A stretch of DNA of 32,000 nt from contig NZ_AP019769.1 of assembly GCF_023169545.1 (NCBI RefSeq), forward strand, positions 510,001 through 542,000, given 5' to 3'. Under the pieces are notes generated by a model that had not been told where the DNA came from, ran no database searches, and worked only from the letters and a program-made list of their open reading frames with translations. The stretch comes from Nanobdella aerobiophila. Its GTDB lineage: Archaea; Nanobdellota; Nanobdellia; Nanobdellales; Nanobdellaceae. The translations under genes were made by a program, and so were the position numbers. Of this stretch, positions 23,877 to 32,000 are shown in pieces; position 1 is the first letter of the stretch; the number at the start of each line of letters is the position of its first letter.

Positions 23877-24689
23877 TTATGAAACTACATATGGGCTTGG
23901 TGGCTGATCTTTAGATGCTGGATTTTGTTGATGTGTTGATTGAGTTGGATTATTAAGAGCTTGACTAGCTGGCGAATAGTTAGATTTTGCTAATTGACTT
24001 AAATAATCTTTATCACCTGCTACCCCTAGATTCATTAAATATTCTGCAAGCTTTTCTAATCCGATCATTTCTTTTATAGCTAATAGATTAGTTCCTACTT
24101 TTTGTACATAAGCATTTATTAAAGAAGAATATGCTCTTGATAACTCATTATAGCTTATATCTCCTTGTTTTCCTTCATTTATTATCTTATTATACGCATT
24201 ATTAATAAGTTCATATCTTAAAGCATATAAAGAGTTTAAGTATTCCCTAGCTCCTGCTTCAAAATCTTCTTTAGTTTTAAATCCTAACTCCTTTCCAAAG
24301 ATTCTATATAATTGTTCTATATCTCTATCATATTCTCCTCTTTTAGTGCTAAATTTAGGTTGAGAATCTCTATTATTTACAAGCAATCCTGCATAGAATA
24401 ATGCTAAACCAAATTTATTGGTATTATTCATAGTACCTACTAATTTTGATAATAAGTAATCTGCAGGCGCTTCACCCAATCCAATATAGTATGGATTAAA
24501 CTCTTTTTTCATAAATTCTTTATCATAGCCTTTCTCTCTTCCTAATAATTTTTCCAATTCAGATTTTTTTTCTTTTAATACCATGAATTGCGTATCTAGA
24601 TCCCCTTTTCCCAAATCTTTTGTATGATTTAGTATATAATCTATTGCTAATTTTTCAGAATCGGGATTGACAGGTATATTTACAGACAT
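23877..24689 (-). CDS. Hypothetical alpha-helical protein with a Q/P/S-rich C-terminal tail
   Basis: 270-aa ORF. It is visibly less AT-rich than the accessory genes in the left third of the window, matching its neighbours L7Ae and TRAM. The tail is 'NNPTQSTHQQNPASKDQPPSPYVVS'. I recognise no family. Confidence 0.6.
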   Translation of the reverse strand: MSVNIPVNPDSEKLAIDYILNHTKDLGKGDLDTQFMVLKEKKSELEKLLGREKGYDKEFMKKEFNPYYIGLGEAPADYLLSKLVGTMNNTNKFGLALFYAGLLVNNRDSQPKFSTKRGEYDRDIEQLYRIFGKELGFKTKEDFEAGAREYLNSLYALRYELINNAYNKIINEGKQGDISYNELSRAYSSLINAYVQKVGTNLLAIKEMIGLEKLAEYLMNLGVAGDKDYLSQLAKSNYSPASQALNNPTQSTHQQNPASKDQPPSPYVVS

Positions 24690-24710
24690 ATAGTATTATT
24701 CCACTTAAAA

Positions 24711-24718
24711 CTTATAAA
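24711..24718 (-). promoter_or_regulatory. TATA-like box for the 270-aa gene
   Basis: The minus strand reads TTTATAAG and ends 21 nt upstream of the ATG at 24689. Confidence 0.4.
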
Positions 24719-24753
24719 CCTTTCTATACTTTTTACCAAAAGTAAATAAAAAA

Positions 24754-25146
24754 TTATTTCTTTAATAAAGTATCTAAAGCCTTTATCAATTCATCTAACA
24801 ATTGTTTACTTTCACCAGGTTCAACAATTGCTGCTGCTGCAGCTTGAGTATGTAAACCGCAAGCTTGTCCTAATTTTTCTTTAGATGAAACATAAACATA
24901 TCTAACACCTTTCTCTTCAGATAGTTCTGGTAAATGCATTACTATATCTGCTGGATCTACATCTAAAGCTATTGCTACCAATTTTGCCTGCCCTCTATCT
25001 ACTGCTTTTGTAACTTCATTAGTTCCTTTCTTTAATTTTCCTGTTGATTTTGCCTTTTCAAATGCCTCATATACTTTTGCTTCATAGTTCTGTATAAATG
25101 TATTTAATACATCTTCTGACCATTTTACGTATGGAGCTGTCATCAT
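24754..25146 (-). CDS. rpl7ae: Ribosomal protein L7Ae (k-turn binding; also an sRNP component)
   Basis: 130 aa. '[61 protein letters not shown]' is the canonical L7Ae/L30e core. Confidence 0.92.
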   Translation of the reverse strand: MMTAPYVKWSEDVLNTFIQNYEAKVYEAFEKAKSTGKLKKGTNEVTKAVDRGQAKLVAIALDVDPADIVMHLPELSEEKGVRYVYVSSKEKLGQACGLHTQAAAAAIVEPGESKQLLDELIKALDTLLKK

Positions 25147-25209
25147 GATCTCATCATCTATCTAAAAAAAATATTTTATGAAAAGGTTTAAAAAACAATA
25201 AAAGATATT

Positions 25210-25476
25210 TTACATCCCCTCTTCCATAGAATCGTCAAAAGATTCTTCAGAAGATTGAGAAGAAGCTTCTTGTGAAGAGGATGCTTCCCCTGAAGGTTCA
25301 GCTACTATATAACTAGGACCTACTTTTACAACCTTAACATTTCCCTTCCATCCAACTGTAACATTCTTCACAAAACAAGCTATACCTTTCACCCTAGCAA
25401 ATCCATCTCCTCTTTGCGTCAAACTCTTTATTTCTACCTCATAGATCTCTCCTACTTTTATGCCTCTAACTACCAT
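25210..25476 (-). CDS. TRAM-domain protein with an acidic Ser-rich tail
   Basis: 88 aa. 'VGEIYEVEIKSLTQRGDGFARVKGIACFVKNVTVGWKGNVKVVKVGPSYIVAE' shows the TRAM beta-barrel pattern. The tail is 'EASSSQEASSQSSEESFDDSMEEGM'. Confidence 0.65.
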   Translation of the reverse strand: MVVRGIKVGEIYEVEIKSLTQRGDGFARVKGIACFVKNVTVGWKGNVKVVKVGPSYIVAEPSGEASSSQEASSQSSEESFDDSMEEGM

Positions 25477-25497
25477 TGAATTATTATTATATAACTA

Positions 25498-25505
25498 ATA
25501 TATAA
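25498..25505 (-). promoter_or_regulatory. TATA-like box for the TRAM gene
   Basis: The minus strand reads TTATATAT and ends 21 nt upstream of the ATG at 25476. Confidence 0.35.
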
Positions 25506-25507
25506 GT

Positions 25508-27412
25508 TTATTTATTCAATATTTTTTTACCCGTTTCAACAATACTGTTTGTCTCATTAAATAATTCATTTAATATTTTCATATAATCCTCTCTACCTTC
25601 AGATATTCTATCCATAATATCTTCTAGATCTCTTGTTCTTTTCTCAGAAACAAAATCATGAAAATATTTTTCAAGAAACAAATATACTTCAATTCCCAAT
25701 TTAGTTGGTATCAGATTATTACTCTTATCAATTACATATCCCCTACCCATTACTTTTTTTATTATAGTTGCATAAGTCGATGGCCTACCTATATCTTTTT
25801 CTTTCATTAGATTTATAATATCAGCTTGAGAAAATAATCTTAATTTAGGTACTTTCTTACCATATATATCCTTTATTTTTAGATTATTTTGTATAGGATT
25901 AATTTTTAAAACATTTATTCTAAATGGATAAACTAAGTTCCATCCATCTTCTTTTACATCTTTTATACCAGATAGTTCTATTTCTTTTTCTATATATGGT
26001 ATCCTTATTTTTTGAATATATTTGTTTACTATTGTATACTTCATCTGCGATTGTATAAATCTAGCAAATATTAGATCATAGACTATATAATGTCTTCTAG
26101 TCATATTAATATATATTTCTATATCTCCATTTTCTATTGATTCTTTTAGTTTTTGAGAATCCAGTGGTTTTGTTGGTCTTATCGCCTCATGAGCACCACC
26201 TTCTCCCCATGATCTAGGATAAAAATATTTTTCTCCAAATTTTTGGTTTATATATTCCTTTGCTAAGGAAATACCAAAAGAAGATATCCTTGTAGAATCT
26301 GTTCTATGATATGTAATTAAAGAGGATTCAAATAATTCCTGTAATATTTGCATTATTTTATCTGCCCCAATTTTTAACAAATTATTAGCATCTTGCAATA
26401 TAGTACTTGTAATATACGGTGGTAAAGGTTCTAATTTTTCCTCATATTCTTTATAATCTATTATATATATATTATTATCTTTTAATTCTTTTATTGCCTT
26501 ATTTACCTCCTTTCTTGTCTTAAAATCAGTATCAATATATAATTTTCTATCATTTTCTAATGTTATATCCAATATATAGACTTTTGATTTATTCCTTTCA
26601 TTAAATCTATTTATTATCCATCCTAATATCGGTGTTTGGACTCTACCAGCTGATAACCACAATTTATTATAATAATTTTGAACTATACTAGATAAACTAA
26701 ATCCAATCCATCTATCCTCTATCCTCCTAACAATCTGAGATTTGACTAAATTTAAATTTATATCCCTTAGGTTATTTATTGCATTTATTATAGAATTTTT
26801 TGTAACTTCATGAAATTCCGCCCTCTTTATATTATTATTATAAGGATTTAAGACCAAAAATAATGAATAAGCAATCATTTCCCCCTCTGTATCTGGATCT
26901 GTACCAATTACTATCTGATCAACTTCTTGAGCCAATTCCTGTAAAGCCTTTATCCTATTTATAGAATCATCTATATTACTAGAACCACAATATGGACATT
27001 TTCCATCTTTATACTCCGTAAACTGATTATTACATTCTAAACACCTTTTAATTGTTGTATAGTATGGTATCAACAATTTTTCATTTTTTTCTATACCAAA
27101 TAACCCAATATTCTCCGTAGTTAATTCCAATATATGGCCTCTAGATGCTGTAATTATTAAATGAAGATTACCTAAAGAAATTTCATACACAGGTATACCA
27201 TTTAAATTTCTTATTGATGGTCTACCAAAAAATGATGCTATCGTCCTAGCCTTATTAGGCGATTCAACAATAAATAAAATTACCTTCATTAATTCATCTT
27301 TTTTGACCTCTATCCTTCCTTCTTTTATATCTCTTATTAATCTTCTCTCATCTTCTATTTCTTTCCTTATTTTATCTAGATCTATTTCTGATAGATCTTT
27401 TAAAAAATACAT
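25508..27412 (-). CDS. rgy: Reverse gyrase, topoisomerase IA half only (stand-alone split gene)
   Basis: 634 aa. Toprim start 'ILFIVESPNKARTIASFFGRPS', inserted Zn finger 'CLECNNQFTEYKDGKCPYCGSS', 'GTDPDTEGE', and active-site Tyr context 'LITYHRTDSTRIS'. The upstream gene is aEF-1beta (TAATG overlap), not a helicase domain. Confidence 0.8.
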   Translation of the reverse strand: MYFLKDLSEIDLDKIRKEIEDERRLIRDIKEGRIEVKKDELMKVILFIVESPNKARTIASFFGRPSIRNLNGIPVYEISLGNLHLIITASRGHILELTTENIGLFGIEKNEKLLIPYYTTIKRCLECNNQFTEYKDGKCPYCGSSNIDDSINRIKALQELAQEVDQIVIGTDPDTEGEMIAYSLFLVLNPYNNNIKRAEFHEVTKNSIINAINNLRDINLNLVKSQIVRRIEDRWIGFSLSSIVQNYYNKLWLSAGRVQTPILGWIINRFNERNKSKVYILDITLENDRKLYIDTDFKTRKEVNKAIKELKDNNIYIIDYKEYEEKLEPLPPYITSTILQDANNLLKIGADKIMQILQELFESSLITYHRTDSTRISSFGISLAKEYINQKFGEKYFYPRSWGEGGAHEAIRPTKPLDSQKLKESIENGDIEIYINMTRRHYIVYDLIFARFIQSQMKYTIVNKYIQKIRIPYIEKEIELSGIKDVKEDGWNLVYPFRINVLKINPIQNNLKIKDIYGKKVPKLRLFSQADIINLMKEKDIGRPSTYATIIKKVMGRGYVIDKSNNLIPTKLGIEVYLFLEKYFHDFVSEKRTRDLEDIMDRISEGREDYMKILNELFNETNSIVETGKKILNK

Positions 27413-27690
27413 TATATCTGTGCCAAAGACACAGAAATAATTTCTGAATTTCCAACCCCCTCTATAGAATTAATATTATTTAATAATTCTTCTTCGCTAA
27501 ATTCTTTATCTGGATATAAAAATTTAATCATTAGTACATTTAGTCCAAAAGCAACTGGTTGTTTTTCATAGGATAAAAAATTGCCTCCAAATTCTTTAAT
27601 TTTGTCCTTTATTGCTTCATTTAATTTATCTAAATCTAAATCTATATCATTTGGAGATACCTTTAATGTTATAACAACATATCTATCCAT
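27412..27690 (-). CDS. ef1b: Translation elongation factor aEF-1 beta
   Basis: 92 aa. 'VVITLKVSPNDIDLDLDKLNEAIKDKI...EKQPVAFGLNVLMIKF...SIEGVGNSEIISVSL' matches the archaeal EF-1beta pattern. Confidence 0.8.
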   Translation of the reverse strand: MDRYVVITLKVSPNDIDLDLDKLNEAIKDKIKEFGGNFLSYEKQPVAFGLNVLMIKFLYPDKEFSEEELLNNINSIEGVGNSEIISVSLAQI

Positions 27691-27691
27691 T

Positions 27692-27865
27692 TTAAGGTCC
27701 TATAAATCCACATTTAGAGCATTGCCACTCTAAGCCTAATAGTTTTTCCCTATTACTTCTAATTATAGTTTCTTCTCCACATTTTGGACATGGAAATTTA
27801 ATTATAGTATCTCCTACAATAATTTTCCTTAGATTATTTGTCTTTTTTATATCATCTATATCCAT
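27692..27865 (-). CDS. Zn-ribbon RNA-binding protein (COG2888-like), the usual upstream partner of aEF-1beta
   Basis: Not in the ORF track. My translation is MDIDDIKKTNNLRKIIVGDTIIKFPCPKCGEETIIRSNREKLLGLEWQCSKCGFIGP* (57 aa), with two CxxC pairs and a C-terminal 'CGF.GP'. Its stop lies 1 nt before the ef1b start. Confidence 0.7.
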   Translation of the reverse strand: MDIDDIKKTNNLRKIIVGDTIIKFPCPKCGEETIIRSNREKLLGLEWQCSKCGFIGP

Positions 27866-27889
27866 AAAGATCTAATATATGCAAATAAT

Positions 27890-28825
27890 TTAAATTTTTT
27901 TAAATTCTAGAAGCAATAATTTTTTATTGTTATTATATATATAGTAGCTTCGTATATATTCTATATTATATTTTTTTATATAATCTATTATATTTTTTAT
28001 TATTTGATCATAATTATTTATATTATTATATAGCAAAATATATAATTTTCCACCTTTTCTTAATAAATAATCTGATTGGAAAAATATATATTTTTCTTTT
28101 TTAGATAATTCATATCTATTCTTAATTTTAAACACAAATATTCTATCTATGGATTCGCTTTTAAATTTTTGATCTAACCACTCTATATTGATCCTTCTAA
28201 ATATAGTTATATCATCGACTAATGCTTTTTCTGAATTTTTTTCTATTTTGTACAATAAATTCGGATCTTTATGGACACAATATATTTTTTTATCTACTTT
28301 ATTGTATATCTGAAAATCAATAGTATATTTTATATCTTTCATTTTCCAAAAGATTACAGGAATATTTTTCAATAATATCCCTTCTTCAATCGAAAAAGAA
28401 CCGTCATCCATCAGATTTAATATATTTTTTGCTTCATATATTCTAGATAAATATAATATTTTTGACACTAATGTAGATTTCAATCTATTTATATTAAAAA
28501 TATTATAATTTCTATTTGATAAGTTTATTCTGATCCTTTCAGATCCGCCTAATTTGTATATATTGTCTAAAGTTCTAGAATAATACATTAATCTTATTAT
28601 ATCTTCTTCCTCTAAATCCAATAATATATTTATCTTATTATTTATAATATTTATATCATAATTTATATCTTTATTTAATATATTTTTTATCTCATATAAT
28701 ATATATTCTTCTAAACCAATATCGGATTCACATATTACATTATAATTTTTTTCCATAAAATATAATCTATATGATATATAGTTATATAATATATTATATA
28801 TTATATAGTATATTATTTTTTTCAT
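27890..28825 (-). CDS. Hypothetical protein (more likely start is Met24 at 28756)
   Basis: 311-aa ORF. The first 23 codons are read from TA-repeat DNA and look non-genuine. 'MEKNYNVICESDIGLEEYILYEIKNIL' is a more plausible N-terminus. Function unassigned. Confidence 0.55.
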   Translation of the reverse strand: MKKIIYYIIYNILYNYISYRLYFMEKNYNVICESDIGLEEYILYEIKNILNKDINYDINIINNKINILLDLEEEDIIRLMYYSRTLDNIYKLGGSERIRINLSNRNYNIFNINRLKSTLVSKILYLSRIYEAKNILNLMDDGSFSIEEGILLKNIPVIFWKMKDIKYTIDFQIYNKVDKKIYCVHKDPNLLYKIEKNSEKALVDDITIFRRINIEWLDQKFKSESIDRIFVFKIKNRYELSKKEKYIFFQSDYLLRKGGKLYILLYNNINNYDQIIKNIIDYIKKYNIEYIRSYYIYNNNKKLLLLEFKKI

Positions 28826-29163
28826 TATATATAATAGTCTATATAAATTCTAGAAGAATAAAAGAAGATATAAACAAGTATCAAAAATACCTAATTATTT
28901 TATCAATATCTACATATATAATTGTAATAATATATTCTATATATAAAAATAATTATGACTATATTGGATTTATAATAATATTCATTTTATTTTTACTAAA
29001 CTTAAAATATAAAAACTTATATTTAAATATCCCATTAATATTGATTCTTTATAACATATTAAATTATAATTATCTAAACTATATAAATACCCCAATAATA
29101 ATATTAAATATTATATTTACAATAATGATATATTCAAATTATAAAGCCAAAAATAGTATATAA
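28771..29163 (+). CDS. Small I/Y/L/N-rich membrane protein, unknown function
   Basis: 130-aa open frame, unlikely by chance at this AT content, with 3-4 hydrophobic spans. It ends 4 nt before the nitroreductase start. It overlaps the 311-aa ORF only if that ORF starts at 28825. Confidence 0.35.
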   Translation: MIYSYIIYYILYSILFFSLYIIVYINSRRIKEDINKYQKYLIILSISTYIIVIIYSIYKNNYDYIGFIIIFILFLLNLKYKNLYLNIPLILILYNILNYNYLNYINTPIIILNIIFTIMIYSNYKAKNSI

Positions 29164-29167
29164 TTTT

Positions 29168-29773
29168 ATGGACATAGAAGAAGCAATAATCAAGAGGAGA
29201 AGTTTTAGAGATTATTCAACTGATGATATACCATATGATGACATACTTGATATAATTAAAAAAGGCACCTTAGCGCCAATAGCTGGGAATCTTGACCATT
29301 ATAAATTTATAATAATAAAAAATCCAGAGACAATAGAAAAGATTTCGTCTGCAGCTAAACAAGAATTTATAAAAAAGGCAAATACATTGATTGTAATAAT
29401 ATCAAATGATCAAAAAATGATATCTTTTTATGGAAATAAAGGAAAAGAATATGCTCTACAAGATACTGCAGCAACAGCAGAAAATATTATCTTGTATGCA
29501 TTGAATAAAAATGTTGGAACGTGCTGGATTGGAAATTTCGATGAAGCTAAGATAAAGGAAATATTACAGATACCAAAAGAGTATAATGTACACATAATTA
29601 TAACTATGGGTTATATAAATAATACACCAAAAGAAACACCTAGAAAAAATTTAAATGAAATTGTATATTTTGAAAAATATGGAAATTCCTTATATAAACC
29701 ACAATATTACCCATTAATGAGCAATATAAAAAATATAATTAATTATCTTAAGAATGTATTTGAAAAACAATAG
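29168..29773 (+). CDS. Nitroreductase-family (FMN-dependent) oxidoreductase
   Basis: 201 aa. 'IIKRRSFRDYS', 'GTLAPIAGNLDHYKFIIIKNPE', 'ALQDTAATAENIILYALNKNVGTCWIG' and 'IIITMGY' are the standard nitroreductase blocks. Confidence 0.8.
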   Translation: MDIEEAIIKRRSFRDYSTDDIPYDDILDIIKKGTLAPIAGNLDHYKFIIIKNPETIEKISSAAKQEFIKKANTLIVIISNDQKMISFYGNKGKEYALQDTAATAENIILYALNKNVGTCWIGNFDEAKIKEILQIPKEYNVHIIITMGYINNTPKETPRKNLNEIVYFEKYGNSLYKPQYYPLMSNIKNIINYLKNVFEKQ

Positions 29774-30607
29774 CTATATTAACTTTTTATCAATTAAAGC
29801 TTTTTGACCTGTAGGCAAGCTTGGGACTATGGTTTGTATTAATTGATCCAAGAATTTTGCTAATGCTGGAGCGTATAACCAAACAGCTACATCCATAGAG
29901 GACATAATCTCTTTTTCGTCAAATAACATCATCATCACTTCTTCAGAATCTATAGTAACTATTCTACCTCTAAAATCTGCTGCATCATATATTTCTACAT
30001 AATTTAACAATTCTTGAACATACTTTGCATTTTCATCCTTTATTGGAGTTATAATTCTAACAGTAACATTCCTTTCTTTTAATTCCATAAATACAGGTTT
30101 TAGTACTATTGCATCTCTAACAAAACTTAATTCTGTAGTAACTATATTTACTTGTTTTTCTGCTTCCTTTAACATAGTTTCTAAATGACTTATGATATTT
30201 TGTTGTCCCCTCAAAGCTCCTGATTTTTCTGAGATGTCTATTGAAGCAGCACCTGACTTGTGTATAGAATCTAATTCACCTACTAATGGAGAATCCTTTA
30301 ATTTCTCTAACTCTGACACTTTCCTATTTACAACTTCTTCATATCTCTTTCTTACCCTCTCAACAACCTCACTTGGAGGTATTGCTAAGTATTTGATTGG
30401 CTTCCCAAGCTTCATAACAACAAAACCTTTTTTTTCTAAAGACTCTAGAACGTCATATGCTCTAGATCTTGGTATATCTGCCAAATCTGCTAATTCACCA
30501 GCAGTTGCAACACCCTTTGATAGTAATGCTAACCATATCCTGGCTTCATATGTATTCAAATTAAAAGAAGATTTTACTTTATTCACTAACTCATCATTTA
30601 CAATCAT
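29774..30607 (-). CDS. TrmB-family transcriptional regulator
   Basis: 277 aa. The N-terminal wHTH 'LNTYEARIWLALLSKGVATAGELADLADIPRSRAYDVLESLEKKGFV' is followed by a coiled-coil and a C-terminal effector-type domain. Confidence 0.85.
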   Translation of the reverse strand: MIVNDELVNKVKSSFNLNTYEARIWLALLSKGVATAGELADLADIPRSRAYDVLESLEKKGFVVMKLGKPIKYLAIPPSEVVERVRKRYEEVVNRKVSELEKLKDSPLVGELDSIHKSGAASIDISEKSGALRGQQNIISHLETMLKEAEKQVNIVTTELSFVRDAIVLKPVFMELKERNVTVRIITPIKDENAKYVQELLNYVEIYDAADFRGRIVTIDSEEVMMMLFDEKEIMSSMDVAVWLYAPALAKFLDQLIQTIVPSLPTGQKALIDKKLI

Positions 30608-30645
30608 ATAATATATATAGATAACAAAGGGTTTAAAAACTATCC

Positions 30646-32000
30646 TTATGATTTTTGATTCCTATATAGATCGTATAATCTATTTATATCATCTATATCC
30701 TCTATAGACTTATCTGGCCTTAGTCTGACGAATCTTGGAAATCTTAAGGCAAATCCAGATGAATATTTAGGACTTTTCTGTATTTCGTCATACAATACCT
30801 CTATTACAATTTTTGGAATTATTTTTACCATTTTTCCATCTTCTTCCCTAATCAATGGTTTTAAAATTTTAGTCATATCCTCAAATGTTATATCATCTTC
30901 CGATTCTTTCTTTTCCTTTAAACCACTACTAACCTCTCCAACTTCTAATAATTTGCCTGTCTCTCTATCTAATATAGATATTATATATGATGTTAACCAG
31001 CCACCTCTCTTTCCTTCCCCCCATTCTGCACCAGTTATAACAACATCAATTGATTCCTTTACAGGCTTTAATTTTACCATATACCCAACCCTTCTGCCCG
31101 GCTGATATTTTGCATCTAATTTTTTAAACATTATACCTTCTAAACCATTTCTTATAGCATCATTGAAAAAATTATTTGCTTCTTCTTCTGAATCTGTTAT
31201 CTTACCTTCGGATACCGATATCTTATTCTCATCTTCCTTTACTATAGATTTTAATAAATCTCTTCTTTCCTTAAAAGGCACATTTAGTAAGGAATTATCA
31301 TAATAGATTATATCAAATAATCTAACGACAACTGGTATCTCCTTTACCATTTTTTCTATATTATATTTTCTTCTAATTCTTTGTGAGATCTTTTGGAATG
31401 GCAGATATTTTCTATCATGATATCCTACAATTTCTCCTTCGACCAAGAAATCCTTATCCATCGGTAAACATTCTTTAATAAATTCTATAACATCTGGAAA
31501 TTGATCTGTAACATTTTCTAATCTTCTAGTCCATAAAGATATTTCATTACCCTTTTTATGTATTTGTACTCTAAATCCATCATATTTATATTCAATCATC
31601 GCAGGTCTCCCAACAACATCAAATGCTTCTTTAGCACTATCTGCTTTTATAGCCAACATAACCTTTATTGGCCTACCCAATATTGGAGAGATATTGTATA
31701 TAGCTTCACTTCCTTTTTCCAATATTAACTTTACTACTTCTCCGAAATCATTTAATATAAAATATGCTTTTTCAATATCTTCTGATCTAAAATTAAAGGC
31801 TTTAGCTATAGAATCTATTATTATTCCTTCTCCTACTCCGATCTTCAAATCTTCTAAGGATAATCTTGCAATATATCTGGCTTCTAATGGAGTAGAAGAT
31901 ACAAATAAATTTGCTAGGTATCTTATTTTTTTATCTTGAGCGCCCTCTCCCCCTAATAAACCTATTGATCTAAATGTATCATATACATCTTTTATAGATA
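30646..32000 (-). CDS. lig: ATP-dependent DNA ligase, partial (N-terminus beyond the right edge)
   Basis: Adenylation motif 'EYKYDGFRVQIH', plus 'LVEGEIV', 'MFKKLDAKYQPGRRVGYMVKLK' and the C-terminal OB 'ALRFPRFVRLRPDK'. The track ORF begins at an internal TTG. The frame stays open to base 32000 (...SIKDVYDTFRSIGLLGGEGAQDKKIRYLANLFVSSTPLEARYIARLSLEDLKIGVGEG...). Confidence 0.9.
   Translation of the reverse strand, partial: SIKDVYDTFRSIGLLGGEGAQDKKIRYLANLFVSSTPLEARYIARLSLEDLKIGVGEGIIIDSIAKAFNFRSEDIEKAYFILNDFGEVVKLILEKGSEAIYNISPILGRPIKVMLAIKADSAKEAFDVVGRPAMIEYKYDGFRVQIHKKGNEISLWTRRLENVTDQFPDVIEFIKECLPMDKDFLVEGEIVGYHDRKYLPFQKISQRIRRKYNIEKMVKEIPVVVRLFDIIYYDNSLLNVPFKERRDLLKSIVKEDENKISVSEGKITDSEEEANNFFNDAIRNGLEGIMFKKLDAKYQPGRRVGYMVKLKPVKESIDVVITGAEWGEGKRGGWLTSYIISILDRETGKLLEVGEVSSGLKEKKESEDDITFEDMTKILKPLIREEDGKMVKIIPKIVIEVLYDEIQKSPKYSSGFALRFPRFVRLRPDKSIEDIDDINRLYDLYRNQKS

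Noticed and set aside
25140-25157. A tandem C-box-like 'ATGATGA-GATC-ATGATGA' at the L7Ae start codon. I considered it as a k-turn for L7Ae autoregulation, which is known for archaeal L7Ae 5' UTRs.
   Set aside because: I found no partner strand with a GA (CUGA-like) element or a C-stem to build a k-turn. The best TATA-like box (25172-25179) would place the transcription start downstream of the upstream copy. The second copy is simply the Met-Met-Thr coding start. It is worth a check only if 5'-end mapping shows a longer leader.
27890-28756. Possible degenerate THUMP/COG0116-type RNA methyltransferase ('ILNLMDDGSFSIEEGIL' as a decayed SAM motif I).
   Set aside because: The resemblance rests on one short, imperfect motif with no NPPY-type motif IV. 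That is insufficient to call.
1-32000. Window-wide scan for CRISPR arrays, rRNA genes, transposases/IS elements and inteins.
   Set aside because: I saw no regularly spaced direct repeats, rRNA-like GC-rich blocks, transposase motifs or intein blocks. The only tandem repeat is the 2 x 72-bp duplication at 9714-9857.

Overview
This is an extremely AT-rich, tightly packed archaeal window. Most genes are on the minus strand, and many start/stop codons overlap. Housekeeping content includes PEP synthase, ribosomal protein L7Ae, aEF-1beta with its Zn-ribbon partner, an ATP-dependent DNA ligase that runs off the right edge, a TrmB-family regulator, a nitroreductase, Taw1 (wyosine radical-SAM enzyme) and three tRNAs with GC-rich stems. 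A reverse-gyrase topoisomerase half is encoded as a stand-alone gene with no helicase half beside it. An ADP-forming acetyl-CoA synthetase alpha subunit is split into two separately initiated pieces. Together these point, by inference only, to a hyperthermophilic reduced-genome archaeon of the Nanoarchaeota/DPANN kind. The left third (1-11.5 kb) is accessory. It holds a five-gene, translationally overlapped type I R-M operon (hsdM, small Hjc/Mrr-like nuclease, hsdS, hsdR, DUF45-like hydrolase) in which HsdR appears to lack the catalytic Lys of its nuclease motif. Next comes a gene-poor stretch with orphan membrane proteins, a perfect 72-bp in-frame duplication, a frameshifted PIN remnant and a type IV pilin-like gene abutting tRNA-Arg. 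A 50-nt stretch at 17769-17818 has full archaeal C/D-box sRNA architecture. No CRISPR array, rRNA or transposase was seen.
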